A stretch of 64,000 nt of DNA from an uncultured Actinomycetes bacterium (GTDB taxonomy: Bacteria > Actinomycetota > Thermoleophilia > UBA2241): the NCBI GenBank assembly GCA_963725665.1, contig CAVRZA010000001.1, forward strand, positions 224,001 to 288,000, read 5' to 3'. The translations under genes and the position numbers were made by a program. Shown piece after piece: positions 59,338 through 64,000 of this stretch (position 1 is its first letter; the number at the start of each line of letters is the position of its first letter). The notes under the pieces are model-generated. The model was given only the letters and a program-made list of their open reading frames with translations, was not told where the DNA came from and did no database searches.

Positions 59338-59836
59338 CGGGGGAGGAGGCCCGGAGGGGGACCGGGACTCCATGGGGGGCGTTCACACAAGCCAAAGCCG
59401 CCCCGCGATAGGAGCGGCCCCGCGCAACTTACCATAGGCTGTATGTTCGTTCAACGTTTGGCCGCACACTCCTTCACACCTTCTTCATCGACGGCGGCGA
59501 CAACGAGCGCGAGAGGCTCGACGGCCCGAACGGCCGCGAAGAGACGTCGGGTCGGAGGCAGTGGACGGCGGCAGAGCGCCGACTGCGACGGTCATGACCT
59601 CTGTGGCGCCCGCAGGCGGGGCGCGACTTGGGACCCCGCCGGCCGCGGGCTCTCGCGTTGTCGCACGACCGCCTTGGGCGCCGTCGGCGGTTGGCTCGCG
59701 AGGCGCCGACGTGATAAGACCCCACTACGAGCGACATGGTGTCTCCTGCGGGCCGCTGCAGGCCTCGGTCTCCCCGGCACGCTCTCGCCGCCCCCGGGGC
59801 CGGCGGCCGGCAGGCGGCAAGTCAGGAGGTCTTGCG

Positions 59837-60788
59837 ATGGCTCGTCCGCTCCCCGGCGACGTCGGTCGCGTCGCGGTCGTCGGCACCGGGCTCATCGGCG
59901 TGCGCTGGGCGGCGTTCTTCCTCTCGCGTGGGCTCGACGTCGTCGCCAGCGACCCGGCGCCGCGCGCTGAGGAGCGGCTGCGGCGCGGCGTCGAGGCCGT
60001 GTGGCCGCTGCTGGAGCGCGTCGGTTTCGTGACCGGGGCCTCGACGTCGCGCCTCTCCTTCTCCGCCGACCTCGTCCGGGCTCTGACCGGAGCCGAGTTC
60101 GTACAGGAGAACGTCCCCGACGACGACGAGCTCAAGACCGCCGTCGTCGCCGAGATCGACGGCCTGACCGACCCGGAGGTGGTCATCGCCTCGAGCACGT
60201 CGGGGATCCTCCCGAGCGTGATTCCAGGCGCACTGCCGATACCCCGAGCGCGTGCTCGTCGGTCACCCGTTCAACCCGACGCACCTCGTCCCGCTGGTCG
60301 AGGTCGTCGGCGGGGAGAAGACGAGCCCCGAGGCGGTCGACTGGGCGGTCGCCTTCTACAGCCTTCTCGGCAAGCACCCCCTGCGCGTGCGCAAGGAGGC
60401 GCCCGGGTTCGTGAGCAACCGCATGCAGGAGGCCGTCTGGCGCGAGATGTTCCACCTCGTCAACGACGGCATCGCGACCACCGGAGAGCTCGATCGGGCG
60501 ATTACCGACGGTCCGGGTCTGCGCTGGGCGATCTACGGTCCGGCGTTCGTCTACTTCTTGCAGGGAGGACGCGGCGGCATGGCCCACGCACTGGCGCAGT
60601 TCGACCCGGCTCGCATCCCCGACTGGTCTCACAACTACTACCCTGAGGTCGGCGACGAGCTCGTGCGTCTGCTCGACGAGCAGACGCGCGAGCAAGCTCA
60701 GGGACGGTCGCTCGAGGAGTGGGAACGGCTGCGCGACGAGTTCCTCGTGCGCGTGCTCGAGGTCAAGCGGGAGGTGTTCGGCGAGTGA
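59837..60788 (+). CDS. L-carnitine dehydrogenase-like 3-hydroxyacyl dehydrogenase (frameshift near 60228)
   Basis: GTGLIG..WA, QENVP, SSTSG, GHPFNP, GFVSNRMQEA.WRE and GPGLRWA motifs. Confidence 0.85.
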
Positions 60789-62947
60789 GTGAGCCGCTGG
60801 ATCGCGACGCCTCTACGACTGCTGCGTCCTCGGCGGACGCGTCCCCGGCCGCCGTCGTCGCGCCGTCGGCGCGCGGCGGCCGCCGCGACCTGAGCTCTCT
60901 CTTCGACCCGGCGTCAATCGCCATCGTCGGGGCGTCGGCGGATGAGTCGAAGTGGGGCGGCGACCTCGCCGCGCGCCTGCTGCGCGCGGAGCATCGCCGC
61001 CCGGTCTACCTCGTCAACCGCAAGGGCGGCGAGATGCACGGGCAGGTCGCCTTCCCTTCGTTGAGCGACCTCCCCGAGGCGCCGGAGATGGTCATCCTCG
61101 CCATGCCGGCGGCGGCCCTCGAGACCACTCTCGACGATGCCCTGGCTCTGGGCGCCAAGGCCTTCGTTGCCATCTTCGCCGGCCTGGGCGAGACCGATGA
61201 TGAGGGCCGCGAGCGCGAGCGCGCCGCCGTCGCGCGTCTACGCGCTGCCGGCGCCGCCATGATCGGACCCAACTGCATGGGGCTCGCCGACCACTCCACC
61301 GGCCTGCAGGCGGTGGCCTACCTCGACGTGCCCGAGGGCCACATCGGCTTCGTCTCGCAGAGCGGCGCCATGGGTGAGGAATTCGTCATGCGCTCGCGCG
61401 GGTACGGCTGCGGCTTCTCGCGCTACCTCACGCTGGGCAACCAGGCCGACGTCGGCATCGCCGAGATACTCTGGGGGATGGCCGAGCACGAGCAGACGCG
61501 CGTGGTGGCGGTGTACGCCGAAGAGCTGCGCGAGGGGCGCGATCTGGCGCGCGCGGCGGCGGCCGTCGTGGCCGCCGGCAAGCCCGTCGTGCTGCTCGCG
61601 CCCGGCCGCAGCGAGGCGAGCGCCCGGGCGGCCCTCTCGCACACCGGCTCGCTGGCCCCCGACTCCGCGGTCGTCGACGCCGTCTGCCGCGCCGCGGGCG
61701 CCGCGCGCGCGGCCACGCCGCGCGAGCTCTTCGAGCTCACGGTCGGCTTTCTGGCCGGCTATCGCCCGCGCGGGCGGCGCGTGGCCGTCGTGACCGACGC
61801 GGGCGGCGTCGGCGGTATCGCCGCCGACGCCGCCCACGACGCCGGACTCGAGGTGCCGGCCTTCTCCAGCGAGCTCGTCGCGCGCGTCCAGGAGGCGCTG
61901 CCCGGCAGCGCCGGGAGCAACCCGCTCGACTTCGCCATGGGCACGATCGACCCGGACGCCTATGAGCGCATCGTGCCGGTCGTCGCCGGCTGTGACGAGG
62001 TCGACGCCATCCTCGGCGTGGGACAGCTCGGGTATTGGGGCGGCCGCTTCCCGCAGTTCGAGACGCTGGTGGAGCGTGAGATCGCCTCGGCGCGCCGGGC
62101 GGCCGACGCCGCCCGGCGCGCCGAGACGCCGTTCATCGTCTGCACGGTCTACCCGGAGTCGCCGCCGGCGGTGGCCCTGCGCGAGGAGGGCGTACCGGTG
62201 TACCGCGAGCTCGCCTCGGGGGTGAGTGTCCTCGCCGCACTCGCACAAGCCGCGTCGGCCGAGCCGTCGGGCGTGCCCGAGCTGCCCGATCCGGCCGGGA
62301 CGGACTGCTGCGTCTGGGACTGCGACTACTGGGCGGCGCGGCGCGTGCTGCAAGAGGCGGGCGTCCCGTTCCCCGAGGCGAGCCTCGTCGAGAGCCTCGA
62401 ACGGGCCATCATGTCGGCGGGCGGTCTCGGCTACCCGCTCGTGCTCAAAGCGTTGGGGCGGCTGCACAAGTCGGACGAGGGCGGGGTGGTGCTCGACATC
62501 GCCGACGAGCGCGGGCTCTGGACTGCCTACACGCAGCTCTCGGCGCGGCTCGGCGAGCACCGCTTCTCCCTCGAGCGCATGGCGCCGCTGCGCGAGGGGG
62601 TGGAGGTCATCGTCGGCTGTCGGCGTGACGAGCGCTTCGGGCCGCTGGCGCTCGTCGGTCTCGGCGGCGTCTACGCAGAGCTCTTCAGGGACGTGCACAC
62701 GGCGCTGGCCCCACTCGACGAGAAAACGGCGGAGCGGCTTCTGCTTTCGTTACGCGGCGCGCAGCTGTTCGCGGGCGGCCGCGGGCGGCCGCCCGTCGAC
62801 CTGCGCGCCGCCGCGCGCGCGGCGGCGGCGGTCTCGCGTTTCGCCGCCGCGCACACAGAGATCGCCGAGGTCGAGGTCAACCCGCTGCTCGTCACGCCCG
62901 ACGGGGCCCTCGGTCTCGACGCGCGCATCGTCCTCTATCCGGGCTAG
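60785..62947 (+). CDS. ADP-forming acetate/acyl-CoA ligase (alpha-beta fusion)
   Basis: AIVGAS, GPNCMG, SQSG, SHTGSLA, NPLD, HKSDEGGV and EVEVNP motifs. Confidence 0.92.
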   Translation: MSEPLDRDASTTAASSADASPAAVVAPSARGGRRDLSSLFDPASIAIVGASADESKWGGDLAARLLRAEHRRPVYLVNRKGGEMHGQVAFPSLSDLPEAPEMVILAMPAAALETTLDDALALGAKAFVAIFAGLGETDDEGRERERAAVARLRAAGAAMIGPNCMGLADHSTGLQAVAYLDVPEGHIGFVSQSGAMGEEFVMRSRGYGCGFSRYLTLGNQADVGIAEILWGMAEHEQTRVVAVYAEELREGRDLARAAAAVVAAGKPVVLLAPGRSEASARAALSHTGSLAPDSAVVDAVCRAAGAARAATPRELFELTVGFLAGYRPRGRRVAVVTDAGGVGGIAADAAHDAGLEVPAFSSELVARVQEALPGSAGSNPLDFAMGTIDPDAYERIVPVVAGCDEVDAILGVGQLGYWGGRFPQFETLVEREIASARRAADAARRAETPFIVCTVYPESPPAVALREEGVPVYRELASGVSVLAALAQAASAEPSGVPELPDPAGTDCCVWDCDYWAARRVLQEAGVPFPEASLVESLERAIMSAGGLGYPLVLKALGRLHKSDEGGVVLDIADERGLWTAYTQLSARLGEHRFSLERMAPLREGVEVIVGCRRDERFGPLALVGLGGVYAELFRDVHTALAPLDEKTAERLLLSLRGAQLFAGGRGRPPVDLRAAARAAAAVSRFAAAHTEIAEVEVNPLLVTPDGALGLDARIVLYPG

Positions 62948-63075
62948 TGGAATCGCGTGCCTGGCCGTTTGCCTCGCGTGGGGCGACGGCAAAGTGGCGC
63001 GACGCAACCGGGCGTGCGAGGCTCGACAGAGGGTGCACGGACGAGCGAACGCCTGTTCATGTTGTTGTACTAGAG

Positions 63076-63104
63076 TTGACACCATGTCCCGACGGTGCTA
63101 GACA
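63076..63104 (+). promoter_or_regulatory. sigma70-type promoter for the BMP operon
   Basis: TTGACA-N17-TAGACA. Confidence 0.55.
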
Positions 63105-63394
63105 ACGCCTCGGGCGGGGCCGGTACCGGAGTGTCTTCGCTCGCCGGCCGAGGGACCAAGGACTGGGCCAAGGGGGGATTCGTGACGAGGCGTTCGACTG
63201 GAGACGGTGGGTCCGCCGCTTTCTCCTCGGGACGCCTTCGCTCGCTGCGTCTTCCGCGCCACACCTCGTCTTGAGTTTGGTCCTTGTCTCTGCGCGACCC
63301 TGGTCATGCCACCTGCCGAGGAGGTGAGCGAACAGCGAGATCTCGCTTCAACGAAGGCGATAAGGAGCTGGGGCAACCAACAAAGGGGAAATCG

Positions 63395-64000
63395 ATGAGA
63401 AACCCGTACAGGCGTCATCTCGCGGCACTTGCGGTCGTCGTTCTGCTGCTTGCCGTCCTCGCGGCGGCGGGCTGCGGAGGGAGGTCCGAGACCACGAGCA
63501 CAACCTCGCCGGCGGCGTCACCGTCAGTCCAGGTCACCAAGGTCGCCGTCATCACGCCTGAGAAGGCGAACGACTACGGCTGGAACCAAGTGGGGGTTGA
63601 ATCCGTCAAGGCGGCAGCGGCGACCACGGGAGCCCAGGTCATCGTCCAGGACGGCGCGGGGTACGGCGACATCACGCCGATCATGAACCAGCTGGCCACC
63701 CAGGATCCTCAGCTCATCTTCGCGTGGGCGAGTGGCTACAACACGGTCGGCCCCAACATGGCCCAGCAGTTGAACATCCCGACGACGAGCTCCGACCCCG
63801 GCACCGAGTCCGCCAACGTGCCCAATCTGGTCCAGGCGATCGAGGAACATGCCGAGAAGGGCGGGTACCTCGCCGGTGTCCTTGCCGCCAGCATGAGCAA
63901 GACCAGCACGATCGCCATCGTGGCGTCCGCGGATGACCTGAACTGGGCCAAGATGTCCGGCGGTTACATCGCCGGCGCTCGTTCGGTCTCGCCGACCATC
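63395..64000 (+). CDS. BMP-family ABC transporter substrate-binding lipoprotein (runs off the window)
   Basis: Lipobox AAGC; NDYGWNQ and GYLAGVLAA.MSKT motifs; frame open to the window end. Confidence 0.88.
   Translation, partial: MRNPYRRHLAALAVVVLLLAVLAAAGCGGRSETTSTTSPAASPSVQVTKVAVITPEKANDYGWNQVGVESVKAAAATTGAQVIVQDGAGYGDITPIMNQLATQDPQLIFAWASGYNTVGPNMAQQLNIPTTSSDPGTESANVPNLVQAIEEHAEKGGYLAGVLAASMSKTSTIAIVASADDLNWAKMSGGYIAGARSVSPTI

Overview
High-GC bacterial window with about 55 mostly metabolic and envelope genes. It is probably from an anaerobic actinobacterium such as Thermoleophilia, inferred from gene content and GC only. Many genes carry single-base frameshifts typical of unpolished long-read assembly. 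The standout is a dimethylamine:corrinoid methyltransferase (MtbB) gene at 17190-18596 (-). It is split only by an in-frame TAG at the conserved pyrrolysine position, and a hairpin follows immediately. About 40% of the other genes end in TAG, which points to conditional or context-dependent pyrrolysine decoding. Other notable items: (1) a tusA-dsrE-iscS-iscU operon whose IscS has Asp in place of the PLP lysine (Archaeoglobus type); (2) a GcvPA/PB-like operon with no gcvT/H, linked to a NAD-kinase-like protein, a permease and an aminopropanol-dehydrogenase-like SDR; (3) an ECF sigma factor with an apparent three-promoter local regulon; (4) a 9-heme secreted cytochrome; (5) an orphan RiPP radical SAM enzyme; (6) three long, apparently structured 5' leaders. 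No rRNA, tRNA, CRISPR array or mobile element was recognised.
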